From positions 1 to 64,000 of the forward strand of contig JAVCBU010000012.1 in NCBI GenBank assembly GCA_037917685.1: a stretch of 64,000 bases of DNA. Direction: 5' to 3'. The translations under genes and the position numbers were made by a program. The DNA comes from Thermoproteota archaeon (GTDB lineage: Archaea; Korarchaeota; Korarchaeia; Korarchaeales; JAOZGB01). The stretch's first letter is position 1. Each line of letters starts with the position of its first letter. A model generated the notes under the pieces. It saw nothing but the letters and a program-made list of their open reading frames with translations, had not been told where the DNA came from and did no database searches. Positions 19,842-29,492 of this stretch are shown one piece after another.

Positions 19842-20888
19842 ATGGAAAAATTTTATTATCTTGTCAGCCCAATAGTTGCATGGGTGACCGGGCTGAAACT
19901 TGAAAAACCTGAATTCTCTAAGTCTTACATCCTTAAGAAAGGCTACCTAGCCGTTAGACATCCAAGGATGAAGCGAATAATAAAGATACAAGCCGGGATA
20001 TGCTCAGCGATTAGGGAATATCTCAACAGTATCGGGTTCACCGAGCTACTTCCACCCATAATCGGCCCCGCGACAGATCCTGGGATAAGAGGAGCGCGGC
20101 AGGTTAGTTTCGACTATTACGGGGTAGAATATAAGGTGATGAGTAGCGCAATCCTGTATAAACAGATGATGGTAGCATCCCTGGAGAAAATATACTTCTT
20201 TTCGCCGAACATTAGGCTTGAGCCTCTTGAAACAGCTAGAACCGGGAGGCACCTATGCGAGTTCGTCCAGGTTGACCTAGAAGTAGCGTATGCAACCTAT
20301 CATGATGTGATGAAGATAGCTGAGAGACTTCTTCAACACGTCTGCAAAAGGATTAAAGAAGAGTACCAAGAGGAACTAGAGGCACTTGGCCGAGATCTTC
20401 GAATTCCAAGGATTCCATTCAAGAAGATAACATATAAAGAGGCTTTAGACATTCTCGAAGAACGTGGTTTCCAGGTTAAATATGGCGAGGAGATACCTTG
20501 GGATGCAGAGGAGGGTATCTCATCTCTTTTTGAGGAGCCATTCTTCATCTACGACTACCCGAGGGGTTCAAGAGGATTCTATGACCGGGAAGATCCTGAA
20601 AGACCCGGAATACTGAGGGACTTCGATATGCTATACCCGGAGGGGTATGGCGAGGCAATATCCGGGGCTGAAAGAGAATACGAGTATGAAAAGGTTGCGA
20701 AACGGATAAAGGAAACAGGAGAAGACCCATCAAAATATGGATGGTACATAGAGATGCTCAGGCATGGGATTCCGCCTTCAGCCGGGTTTGGCATAGGCGT
20801 CGAAAGACTCACAAGATACATCTGCGGCCTAAAAGCAGTCTGGGAAGCAAGACCCTACCCTAAGATTGCAGGAATAGTGTCTCCATAG
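19842..20888 (+). CDS. asnA: Archaeal asparagine synthetase A (AsnRS catalytic-domain paralog)
   Basis: Class IIb core without anticodon domain: PII...TDP, S.ILYKQ, SPNIRLE, RHL.EF.Q.D.E, GE..SG.ERE, SAGFGIGVERL. Divergent from an AsnC-like regulator. Confidence 0.88.
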   Translation: MEKFYYLVSPIVAWVTGLKLEKPEFSKSYILKKGYLAVRHPRMKRIIKIQAGICSAIREYLNSIGFTELLPPIIGPATDPGIRGARQVSFDYYGVEYKVMSSAILYKQMMVASLEKIYFFSPNIRLEPLETARTGRHLCEFVQVDLEVAYATYHDVMKIAERLLQHVCKRIKEEYQEELEALGRDLRIPRIPFKKITYKEALDILEERGFQVKYGEEIPWDAEEGISSLFEEPFFIYDYPRGSRGFYDREDPERPGILRDFDMLYPEGYGEAISGAEREYEYEKVAKRIKETGEDPSKYGWYIEMLRHGIPPSAGFGIGVERLTRYICGLKAVWEARPYPKIAGIVSP

Positions 20889-21014
20889 CCGCGCCACGAA
20901 GAAGCCTCAGCCCGCACCGTAAGCCATCCTAATAATGATAGAGAACTTACAGTCTCACCTTATCCTGAATTTAACCTTCAAGTTTATAATCTTGTGAATA
21001 CGTCACTCTACAGA

Positions 21015-21359
21015 CTATACTTCCCTTCTTATAAGCTCTAAAAGTTTTAAAACGTGCATTTTACAATCTCCATACATCTTTATGGCTTTATCCCTTGTGA
21101 AATGTTTAGACCTGTGGTCAGCCTCCTTCCTTAAAATATACTTTCTGAAGAGGTCACGGCCGACCTCTTTAAGCCCCATATTAATCAGCAACCTGGCGAT
21201 TTTATCGTCCTTAGTTGAGTAGGCAAGGCGTCTGCTTTTAAGGTACAGCTCGACAGCCATTTTAAAGCTAAAATATGACGCGCTGACGGCTTTGTTATAG
21301 CATCCAACCTTAACATCGATCTCAGCTTCCCGTAGCAGGGTCACAAATAGCAATAACAA
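21015..21359 (-). CDS. HEPN-domain protein
   Basis: EA..D...G.YNKAVS.SYFS...A helix; RKEADH (Rx4H) motif. Confidence 0.7.
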   Translation of the reverse strand: MLLLFVTLLREAEIDVKVGCYNKAVSASYFSFKMAVELYLKSRRLAYSTKDDKIARLLINMGLKEVGRDLFRKYILRKEADHRSKHFTRDKAIKMYGDCKMHVLKLLELIRREV

Positions 21360-21448
21360 TGGGTGCTTAAGCCTTACATGCTAAAAAGCCCGCCGTACAA
21401 GGGGAGAGGTGTCATTGGAAAGGTATAGTAGAACTTTCCCTTCTATTT

Positions 21449-22182
21449 TCATTTAGTAGCGTGTCTCCTTGCTGAGACTGGTGTGAAGTTCCAGCCTGCT
21501 CTCTCCACTGTTTCGATTATTGGGCCTCTTATCATGTTCACGTCGAAGTTGATGTTGTACAGCTCGCCCATTTCGAATGGTTTGAGGCTTTTTATCCCGT
21601 AGGCAACTGCCTTCCTCTTGTTGAAGAATATTCTCCCGCCGAAGTAGCTCTTCCTCACTTCTATTATGTTCGGCCTGAACCCTGCTGACCATGTTAGCTC
21701 CTCCATCTCCTCGAAGTATCTAACCTGTTTTCTCTCATCGTCCAGGAGTATTAGCCCCCTGCAGAACATTTTTAGCCCCGCCTTGCCGAATATTTCCCAC
21801 CAAGTTGAATCTGCAAGTTTCCACCTTGCCACGAAATCTGATTCTTCCCCCCTACAATCTCCCAGGGATACTTTTCGTTGTTAAGGGATAGAAGTCTTCT
21901 TGAAAGCTCGGCCTTTGAGACTGTCGGAACTTCCGGGTAAAGCCTATCTGAGGGAGACTCAACTATCCCAAGAGCTGCTAGAATTCCTGTTAGTACACCA
22001 GCCGCCACTCCGCCGAAAATCATTGAAAAACCCAGGTACTCGTGTGGTTTGTCCAATACTACCTGTTCCGTCCTTCCATTTACTGTTTTCTGCATCTTAG
22101 CCCCTTTAAAGACAGGGGTAAGGAGACTCGCGAACAGTATCAATAAGACTAAGAATAGATGTTTGTACTTCAACCATAACAT
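21449..22182 (-). pseudogene. Membrane-anchored hypothetical protein split by a frameshift
   Basis: ORFs 21772-22182 and 21449-21832 join (YPWEIVGG-EESDFVARW) with one extra G in the run at 21847-21852. Confidence 0.7.
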
Positions 22183-22283
22183 TGGGATCGTCGTTTTGAA
22201 ATCTAGATTCTAATATAAAACTTTCCAAAGTTAACAGGATCCTTAAACCATCCAGCCAGAGCCTAACACCAACATGTCCATGT

Positions 22284-22317
22284 CTAAAATTAGGCCAGCA
22301 CTAAAATTAAGCCAGCA
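22284..22317. repeat. 17-bp tandem duplication CTAAAATTA(G/A)GCCAGCA
   Basis: Two adjacent copies with one mismatch. Confidence 0.75.
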
Positions 22318-22412
22318 ATTTCAACATCTAACACATACAATTTCGGCAAAATACAATCATATATTCGCCTAAGTAGTAGAATATATATTCAGTTGCATCT
22401 ATGTATTTCTGA

Positions 22413-23105
22413 ATGGACATAACTCCTCAACTTCGGGAGGAAATAGTAAAGATAGTAGATGAAAGAATAAGGAAGGTCTATGCCGCAAGGAAACAGCTAA
22501 AACTCCTAAGAGAAGCAATTCTAGCAAACACAAAAGCGATTAACCAGCTGGCAGAAGCCCAGGCAAAAACAGAGGAAAGACTAAACCAGCTAGCCCTAAG
22601 AGTAGACCAGCTGGCAGAAGCCCAGGCAAAAACAGAGGAAAGACTAAACCAGCTAGCGGCAGCTGTGGAAAGGCTTGTTGAAAGTGTTGATAAGCTTACA
22701 AAAGAACATGATAGGCTTAGTAATGAGTTTAAGAGGTGGAGGGATGCCTATGGATTTAGCCTTGAAGACATAGCAAGAGTTGTTGTGCCAGGCTGGCTTC
22801 TTAGACATGAGGGTGTAGAAGTGGAGCTTGAGAGGAAATTCTTTATAGTGGAGGGTAAGCCTGTTGAGGTTAACCTTTACGGGGAAACAATTAGAAACGG
22901 CAGAAAGATTGTAGTTGTGGGAGAGGTGAAGTCAAGGATTTACGATGATGATGTTATACGATTTATAAAGAATCTAAAAGAGCTTAGGAAGATACTGGGC
23001 AAGGTAGAAGTGATACCTTTAATGTTTGGATTTCTAATCCATCCAACAGCACAGGAAAAAGCGGAAAAGGAGAAAATAAGGCTTATAGCCTCATATCAGA
23101 GGTGA
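22413..23105 (+). CDS. Coiled-coil heptad-repeat protein with C-terminal PD-(D/E)XK-like domain (DUF3782/paREP-like)
   Basis: LAEAQAKTEERL heptads; G..LE, EVNLYG, VGEVKS nuclease-fold motifs. Confidence 0.8.
   Translation: MDITPQLREEIVKIVDERIRKVYAARKQLKLLREAILANTKAINQLAEAQAKTEERLNQLALRVDQLAEAQAKTEERLNQLAAAVERLVESVDKLTKEHDRLSNEFKRWRDAYGFSLEDIARVVVPGWLLRHEGVEVELERKFFIVEGKPVEVNLYGETIRNGRKIVVVGEVKSRIYDDDVIRFIKNLKELRKILGKVEVIPLMFGFLIHPTAQEKAEKEKIRLIASYQR
22543..22657 (+). repeat. 52-bp exact repeat with 63-bp period inside the coiled-coil gene
   Basis: ACCAGCTGGCAGAAGCCC...AACCAGCTAGC at 22543-22594 and 22606-22657. Confidence 0.9.
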
Positions 23106-23110
23106 TCTAC

Positions 23111-23358
23111 CTTTTCCCATTCTTTATCATAGGGAGGCCATGTCTCGGCCACGATTCCCTATCATGGGGCACATGACCTTCCTAATATTTTGTCTGGCGT
23201 CTCATCTTAACTGTGACTATTTAGGGAAGACCATACAATAGAATCCGGAGATGCTGGTCTCTCCGGATTCTCAACTTATACCACGTGCGCTAGACTCGTG
23301 AAAGGGATTCGATAACTTTCCCTTTCACAAGTTGGCGGTGTAAGAATGGAGGGAAAAG
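23111..23358 (-). ncRNA. Candidate ~250-nt multi-hairpin structured RNA or element (unassigned)
   Basis: Closing helix 23111-23124/23342-23358 plus at least 4 internal stems, including 12-bp and 10-bp perfect hairpins. G-U extensions favour the minus strand. No ORF. Confidence 0.55.
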
Positions 23359-23392
23359 TTAAGAGATTGCTGGGATTACTTTAAGTGGTGGT

Positions 23393-23818
23393 TTGATGTT
23401 TAAGGCTAGGTTTAGGGTTAGCTGGTCAGACACGGATGCTGCTGGAATCGTCCACTTCTCAAACCATTTCAGGTATGTTGAGAGGGCTGAGGAGGAGCTT
23501 TACAACTCTATGGGTTTTGACTTCGTCTCAATTTTCAGGAAGTATGGCTTCGCTCTCCCAAGAGTTGAGGCTTGCTGCAAGTATTACTCTCCGCTGAGAT
23601 TTAACGATATAATAGAAGTTAGGATAGTTGTGGAGGAGGTGCGGGAGAAGAGTTTAACATATAGGTTCCAGATATATAATGTTACGGAGGATAAGCTGGC
23701 CGCTGAGGGACATATCGTTGCGGTTGCTGCTGACATTAGTAAGGGGAGGTCGGTTCCGCTGGATAGGGAATTTGTGGAGCGTTTAATGAAGGTGGCGGGA
23801 GAGGAAAATCCAGGCTAA
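23393..23818 (+). CDS. Acyl-CoA thioesterase (4HBT/YbgC hotdog fold)
   Basis: RV.WSDTDAAGIVHFSN.F.Y.E.A motif. Confidence 0.92.
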   Translation: MMFKARFRVSWSDTDAAGIVHFSNHFRYVERAEEELYNSMGFDFVSIFRKYGFALPRVEACCKYYSPLRFNDIIEVRIVVEEVREKSLTYRFQIYNVTEDKLAAEGHIVAVAADISKGRSVPLDREFVERLMKVAGEENPG

Positions 23819-23856
23819 GATTGTTCAGCCATTGTTAGGCCGGTATAAGGGTAGAG

Positions 23857-24132
23857 ATGTCTATGTTTGAAATATTACATGAGGATGGTAGGTTTGTCCT
23901 CTTCGTAGAGGGTGCTATGGCTGCTGAGCTTATTTACAGGGTTGATGATGGTGTTATGAGCATTATCCACACTTATACTGTGCCGAGGTTCCGAGGGAGA
24001 GGCTGCGCTGGAATGTTGATGGAGGAAGCCCTGCGATATGCTGAAAGGCAAGGATTCAAGGTTAAACCGGTCTGTAGCTATGCTGCGGCGTACGCGATGA
24101 AACATTCGGAGTACGATCATTTATATCTATGA
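23857..24132 (+). CDS. Small GNAT acetyltransferase (YjdJ-like)
   Basis: HTYT.P.FRGRG.A..L and P.CSYA motifs. Confidence 0.9.
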   Translation: MSMFEILHEDGRFVLFVEGAMAAELIYRVDDGVMSIIHTYTVPRFRGRGCAGMLMEEALRYAERQGFKVKPVCSYAAAYAMKHSEYDHLYL

Positions 24133-24134
24133 TT

Positions 24135-24698
24135 TTAGAGTGGTTTCGCCAGTATCTTTCTTATTTTTAGGTTGTGGAACATGGTTGAAGTTGTTGGTTT
24201 TACTAGGAGCACGGTGTCCGCTCCACGGCCGGTTCCAGCTATTGAAAGCACGTCTTGGTTAAGGGGGATCAGCCCGGCATCGGCGGCCATCAGGACTATT
24301 TCAACACATACCTTTACTCCCTCGCAGAACAGCCTTAGGGTGTCAGCTATTACATCGCCTAAGGCTGCTCCTCCATACCTATCTCTGAATGACCTCCCAA
24401 CACCCCTAAAGGCGTGCGCAGCTGTCACTATTTTAACCCCCATGGATTCAAGCTTTCTCCTGGCCTCTACGCTGAACTCTTGCATCGTATCTCTCCTAAA
24501 CCATGACTCGTGGGTTACGACAACAAGGTTGAAGCCTTTAAATAGGCTCGCTGCCCTAAGAGCCGTAGATCCACGGGTGGAGGCTACAACAATGTCGTTT
24601 ACACCATGTGTTTTCGCATAGTCCAACGCGATCTTCAAAGCTTCATCGGTATTCGCCTCCCCGGGCTTCTCGAAATATAATACTTTCTCAGCGGACAT
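24135..24698 (-). CDS. Pyruvate kinase C-terminal-like protein (COG1751)
   Basis: YFEKPG..NT, VVASTRG.TA, G.KVCVEI..MAADAG, GTGRGADT. Confidence 0.9.
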   Translation of the reverse strand: MSAEKVLYFEKPGEANTDEALKIALDYAKTHGVNDIVVASTRGSTALRAASLFKGFNLVVVTHESWFRRDTMQEFSVEARRKLESMGVKIVTAAHAFRGVGRSFRDRYGGAALGDVIADTLRLFCEGVKVCVEIVLMAADAGLIPLNQDVLSIAGTGRGADTVLLVKPTTSTMFHNLKIRKILAKPL

Positions 24699-25029
24699 CT
24701 CATCTCACCCTGACTACTTACTTTTTAACTTAACCTATTACAGGTTCCTACTGATATCTCAGACTTTTAAGATATAGATAGTTAACATAAACGATAGCTT
24801 TGAGGAGGCGACGTATGTTAACCTATGTATCTCTAGGTGTTGTTATCTCTACACTGTCCCTGCTTTTAGAAACAGTTCAGACCCATCTATTAGCAATAGG
24901 CTTAATGTTAATCATTGCTGTACTTTTTAGATGGTTTCTAGAAGCCGAATAGCGAATTGCCGAGTTAGCTATGCCGAAATAGTTATAGTTAAATTAAGTG
25001 TTGTGAGCCCATAATAGGTTGATGGTATT

Positions 25030-25845
25030 GTGTATCCAAGAGTGAAGTTGTATTATAGGGAGGCTAAGGATATTTTTACTCGTACACGCATACCGGGAGC
25101 CAAGTATGTCATTAATCAGTACGTCGGATGTCAGCACGCATGCCTATACTGCTATGCTAAGTTCATGTGCAGATGGAAGCCCTATGGCAAATGGGGTACA
25201 TGGGTGGAGGTCAAGGCTAACGCTCCCGAACTAGCCAGGGGGAGGCTTATGAACGGAAAAATATATATGTCCTCCGTGTCCGATGCCTACCAGCCGCTTG
25301 AGGCTAGGCTCAAGCTTACAAGAAGGCTCCTCGAGGCTTTAGACAGGAGGAACATGCTTACCATCCTTACAAAGTCCGACCTTATCCTTAGAGATACCGA
25401 TATCTTACAGGAGTATCCACATGTCGAGGTTGGCTTGACGGTAAACGGGTTTAATAATGACGTGAAGCGTGTGCTGGAGCCATATGCCCCGGGGCATGAG
25501 AGAAGAGTTAGGGCTTTAGAGATGATTAGGGACTGCGGGATTAAAACCTACGGTTTTATAAGCCCTGTCCTGCCTGGTCTCGTCGATGTAGAAAAGGTTC
25601 TCTGGGAAATTGCGGACTTAATAGAATACGTTATTGTAGAGGTTATCAACTGGAGGCTGGCCGGTAAGCCATTTAAGAAATATATTTCAAAACGCCACCC
25701 GGAAACCTATAAAACAATGATAAGGCTCACCGGGTATGATGAGTTCCTATCTCAGATTCAAAGAATTCTAAGGAGATCAAAGGTTAAAGCAGAACTTGTC
25801 CTACATAACCCCAGGCCTGTCCAGTTGAAACTTCACGACTCCTAG
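25030..25845 (+). CDS. Radical SAM protein, spore photoproduct lyase-like (COG1533)
   Basis: N.Y.GCQHACLYCYA, SSVSDAYQP.E, TKSDLILRD. Confidence 0.88.
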   Translation: MYPRVKLYYREAKDIFTRTRIPGAKYVINQYVGCQHACLYCYAKFMCRWKPYGKWGTWVEVKANAPELARGRLMNGKIYMSSVSDAYQPLEARLKLTRRLLEALDRRNMLTILTKSDLILRDTDILQEYPHVEVGLTVNGFNNDVKRVLEPYAPGHERRVRALEMIRDCGIKTYGFISPVLPGLVDVEKVLWEIADLIEYVIVEVINWRLAGKPFKKYISKRHPETYKTMIRLTGYDEFLSQIQRILRRSKVKAELVLHNPRPVQLKLHDS

Positions 25846-26330
25846 AAGGAAACATCAACATTTCCTAATAACAATACTTGAGACCTTCCAGCTTAGATAA
25901 GCCTATTTCACAGTTTTCCTCCGGCTTGTAGTCCCTTGATCATTTTGTCGATGATTTGGGAACAACATAGTATTCTGCCAGCGGTTTAACAACTCTCCTG
26001 TTGCCCCTCACCTTTCAGATGCGCTATAACCCTTAATTATTAGTAGTCCATTCTCCTCATCTACATTCTTGACCCTTGATGACATATTAAAGAAGGGAAT
26101 CACCCTTTTAAACGTTAGTGGGGACAGCGCTAAAGATAACGCAGGAGTACGGCACCCCTAAATCATCTCTATGTCGGGGTTAGACCTAAGAGATCCTTGC
26201 CTGTAACAGGTATATATGAATATATTTTACCCTATAGATCATAGCTTTACCCTTTGCTTTAGCTTTACCCCGGCTCGGAGTTTAACATCCGGCTCTTCCA
26301 TGGTTTACAGGTTGATTTGAGTGGCCTGCT

Positions 26331-26510
26331 TTATCCGTGGTCGTTTTCGAACGTGTATAGGTAGTCATCGACGTTCCACGTCTCGAACATGAGCCTCCTA
26401 GCCCTTAGGAGGTATCTGACGAGCCTGTCCTTCTCATCCGTGGTTAGGCTGAACCCGGTTGGTTCACGATTCCACTCCGGAAGGTCTTTGTTAGATGGTA
26501 GCGTCCACAT
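26331..26510 (-). CDS. Putative 59-aa small protein or gene fragment
   Basis: Manual ORF MWTLPSNKDLPEWNREPTGFSLTTDEKDRLVRYLLRARRLMFETWNVDDYLYTFENDHG with host-like codons; just under the ORF-track cutoff. Confidence 0.4.
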   Translation of the reverse strand: MWTLPSNKDLPEWNREPTGFSLTTDEKDRLVRYLLRARRLMFETWNVDDYLYTFENDHG

Positions 26511-26809
26511 GTTATGTTTAAGCCGTAGGTTAACAAACCGACAGTTATCCGCCTATAACCTGAAGCCAACCGCTAAACAGCCTAGATGGGAGGATTGAGC
26601 TGAGAATGGCATAGTCTTTTTAAATGCTTAGTCTTGTATTGTGGGCTGAAGATAGTTTGCTTTGAAATCCGTGATAAATGTTTTACGCCGTAACTGGGTT
26701 ATGAAAACCTGCTTCTAATCCAATAGTCATGTAACGTTAAGCCTGAGCCAGTATAAGACTTGAATCAGCCGTATAGGGTTTAGATCCACCTTTAAATTAA
26801 AGACTTCCC

Positions 26810-27733
26810 ATGTTAGATGTGGTGTTATTGTTGAATGTGATTGTTGAGCCTGGCCGGGTATGTGAGGACATATTCATGTTAGACGCTATGGGGTGGGGTT
26901 TCCCTAGGACCAACTCATCCTTCCTGCTTGTTGCAGAGGAGTCAGCTGTGGTTGAGCCCGGATGCAGGAGTTCAGCTAATGCTATAAAAGAGGGGATTGG
27001 CAGCTTAGGCTTGGAGCCTGACAGCTTCAGGTATATATTCGTGAGCCATAGGCACTTTGACCACTCAGGCGGTGCAGCCCAGCTTTTAAAATACCTTTCA
27101 AGGTCTAAAGTGTTGGCCCACGAATATACAATTGAGACTCTTAAAGACCCCTCTAGGATAAACCAGGCTACGAGGCGGGCTTTCGGCGGTTATGCTGAGG
27201 ACATTGAGAGGGTTGAAGATGAGAGCCGCCTTCAAATCGTGAAGGACGGTGAGGCTATCCGGCTTTCAGGGGGGCTAGAGGTTGAGGTTGTCGCCACTCC
27301 CGGGCATACAAGCTGCCACTTATCATTCTACGAGAAGAGGCATGGCTTCATGTTTGTAGGAGACGCCGCTGGCATATTTAACAGGGAGAAGCTCTCCATC
27401 ATACCTACAACGTTCCCGCCAAGCTTCAACTATGAGAGCTACGTTAGGTCCATTGAGAAGATGCTTGAATACAGGCCGAGAATAGTGGCTTTCGCCCACT
27501 ATGGAGCGGTTAAAGGCAGCGAAGCATATACGATCCTTGAGAAGGCTCTAAACACCGTTGAGGAGTGGAAGACAATAGCTGAGAACTCCGACGGCGATGC
27601 CAGCCTTCTAGCTGACAGGCTTAGGGAGAAATACGGGGAAGATTTCCCAGTCTTCCCCCCAGAGGCTAGGATTTATGTTTTCCCAATGCTGGCCGTAGGG
27701 CTTTTAAAAGGAGTGCAGGAAAGGCAGCCGTAA
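26810..27733 (+). CDS. MBL-fold metallo-hydrolase
   Basis: SHRHFDHSGG, TPGHT..H, GDA, AHYG. Confidence 0.92.
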   Translation: MLDVVLLLNVIVEPGRVCEDIFMLDAMGWGFPRTNSSFLLVAEESAVVEPGCRSSANAIKEGIGSLGLEPDSFRYIFVSHRHFDHSGGAAQLLKYLSRSKVLAHEYTIETLKDPSRINQATRRAFGGYAEDIERVEDESRLQIVKDGEAIRLSGGLEVEVVATPGHTSCHLSFYEKRHGFMFVGDAAGIFNREKLSIIPTTFPPSFNYESYVRSIEKMLEYRPRIVAFAHYGAVKGSEAYTILEKALNTVEEWKTIAENSDGDASLLADRLREKYGEDFPVFPPEARIYVFPMLAVGLLKGVQERQP

Positions 27734-27865
27734 AGCCTTAAGGTACACGTCGACACTGCAAGCTTCAAGAACGGATAACTGGCTTATCCGCTGCTCATGA
27801 GCTATTATAATCTGCCCTTGGCAGCCGGCTTCGGAATCTTTAAAAACAGACGCCAGCTATTCAGC

Positions 27866-29263
27866 ATGATGGTGAAAAAGTATCCCATTCTACTCCTAGC
27901 AATAGTAGCTTTACCGCTTGCAGCTATACAGGTTGAAGAGGTTGAAACCTACGTCGGCGTACCGCTAAAATTCTGGATTGAAGTAAGTGTAAGCGAACCG
28001 TCGACCGTGGTGTTTAATCTGGTAATAGATGGAGAGGTTGTAAATTCAAGTATCAAAACTGTTTCTCCGGGTGCTATTCATAGGGAGGAGTTCGTGGTCA
28101 AATTCAACAGTACCGGGGACTATCGTGTAAGGGTTGAAGCTTTGATAGGAGGCAAACTATACTACTTTAAGGAGTGGATTGTTCATGTTAAGCCTTGGCC
28201 CCAACAGACAACCACACCTCCACCTACAACGCCGGTAACAGGCTATTTACCCGACCTGGTCCCAGTTGAGCTTGTGATAACAGACTTGTCCGGCGAGAAG
28301 ATAGTCTACATTATTAGGACTATTACAGGGGAGAAGATTGAGGTCTTCAACAAGCCCCTAGGGATTGGTGAGACGTACAATGTTAAGATCGTAGTTAAGA
28401 ATGTAGGCCACGCTGACTCCGGCCCGTTCAGTGTTTACTTCGACGCTGAGGCTCCATTCCAGCATGTACTTGGAAACCTAAGTGTTAACAGTCTTGGGAA
28501 GGGTGAAGAAACAACCCTGGAAGGTGTGTGGACCGTAGCACAGAGGCACATAAGGGTTTCAGTTATGGTTGACTACCCGTACAGGGTTGACGAGGAGGAT
28601 GAAACCAACAACGCGCTTATAGTTGATGTTAAGATCGTAGAGTACGAGCCCCTACCCGACATAGACATAGTTAGGATTATCGTGGACAAGGAAAGGGTGA
28701 AGCTAGGCGAAACCGTCAACCTAACGGTTGTCATCGCAAATGTTGGTGAGAGAGACGCAGGCCCGTTCACAGTCAGAATATATGAATCCCCACCTTCACC
28801 CCTGAACCCTGAGGAGGGATGCCTGAAAAAGTTTAATGTTGAATGCCTCGCGGCTGGCCTCGACGAAACCTTAAAGGCCTACATCCCAGTTGAGTTTAGA
28901 GGGGAAGTCTTTAAGTTCTATGTTTACGCAGACATAGAGGATAGAGTTCGAGAATACAATAATGACAACAACCTCGATGTTTCAGCTCCCATACATGTGG
29001 AGCAGCCACAGATCTCCACCCCACATGAATGGTTTAGGGATCCCAGGCTGATAGGCGGTGCAGCAGGAGCCATAATTGCAGCAGGAGCCATAATCGCCTT
29101 GAAACGTAGGACAAAATTCCGTCTGGCTGTAGTTGCAATAGACAGGGAGTCAGGAAGGACTATAATGGAAATGAAGATGAAAGCCGAGGGGGAAGCCAAG
29201 CCGCGGGAGCCTATACCACGCTGGGAGTATGAAGAGCGAAGCACCGAACAGCATGAAGATTGA
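27866..29263 (+). CDS. Surface protein with two CARDB (Ig-like) domains and a C-terminal TM anchor
   Basis: Signal peptide; PDL...V.N.G...GPF.V...D....V.E.(D/N).NN twice; P/T-rich linker; TM followed by KRR. Confidence 0.85.
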   Translation: MMVKKYPILLLAIVALPLAAIQVEEVETYVGVPLKFWIEVSVSEPSTVVFNLVIDGEVVNSSIKTVSPGAIHREEFVVKFNSTGDYRVRVEALIGGKLYYFKEWIVHVKPWPQQTTTPPPTTPVTGYLPDLVPVELVITDLSGEKIVYIIRTITGEKIEVFNKPLGIGETYNVKIVVKNVGHADSGPFSVYFDAEAPFQHVLGNLSVNSLGKGEETTLEGVWTVAQRHIRVSVMVDYPYRVDEEDETNNALIVDVKIVEYEPLPDIDIVRIIVDKERVKLGETVNLTVVIANVGERDAGPFTVRIYESPPSPLNPEEGCLKKFNVECLAAGLDETLKAYIPVEFRGEVFKFYVYADIEDRVREYNNDNNLDVSAPIHVEQPQISTPHEWFRDPRLIGGAAGAIIAAGAIIALKRRTKFRLAVVAIDRESGRTIMEMKMKAEGEAKPREPIPRWEYEERSTEQHED

Positions 29264-29348
29264 AGCTTAAAGTAGGGTTAATAGTATTGTGAGTTAAACG
29301 TTAGTCTTAGTTGGTGTAGGGGTTGCTCTGTAGTGCACGCTGGAGTTT

Positions 29349-29423
29349 TAAAGTCCGTCCCCGAAAGCCCTTTGATGAGGGGGAGGGAAGGTTAGTCCAA
29401 TGGCGATGCTTACGGACTTTACG
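29349..29423 (+). ncRNA. Candidate small hairpin RNA with K-loop-like motif
   Basis: Terminal stem TAAAGTCCGT/ACGGACTTTA; internal CCGA...TGATGA; intergenic between convergent genes. Confidence 0.35.
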
Positions 29424-29492
29424 CAAGTTATGGTTAACCTGAACGGCTGTTCTGCACGAGATCTGCGGCTATTGTTTTACGCCATGCTTGGA

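Noticed and set aside
23111-23358. RNase P RNA, SRP RNA or group II intron
   Set aside because: No GAGGAAAGUCC/P4 pairing, no SRP helix 8 motif and no domain V. The GTGCG at 23285 is probably chance.
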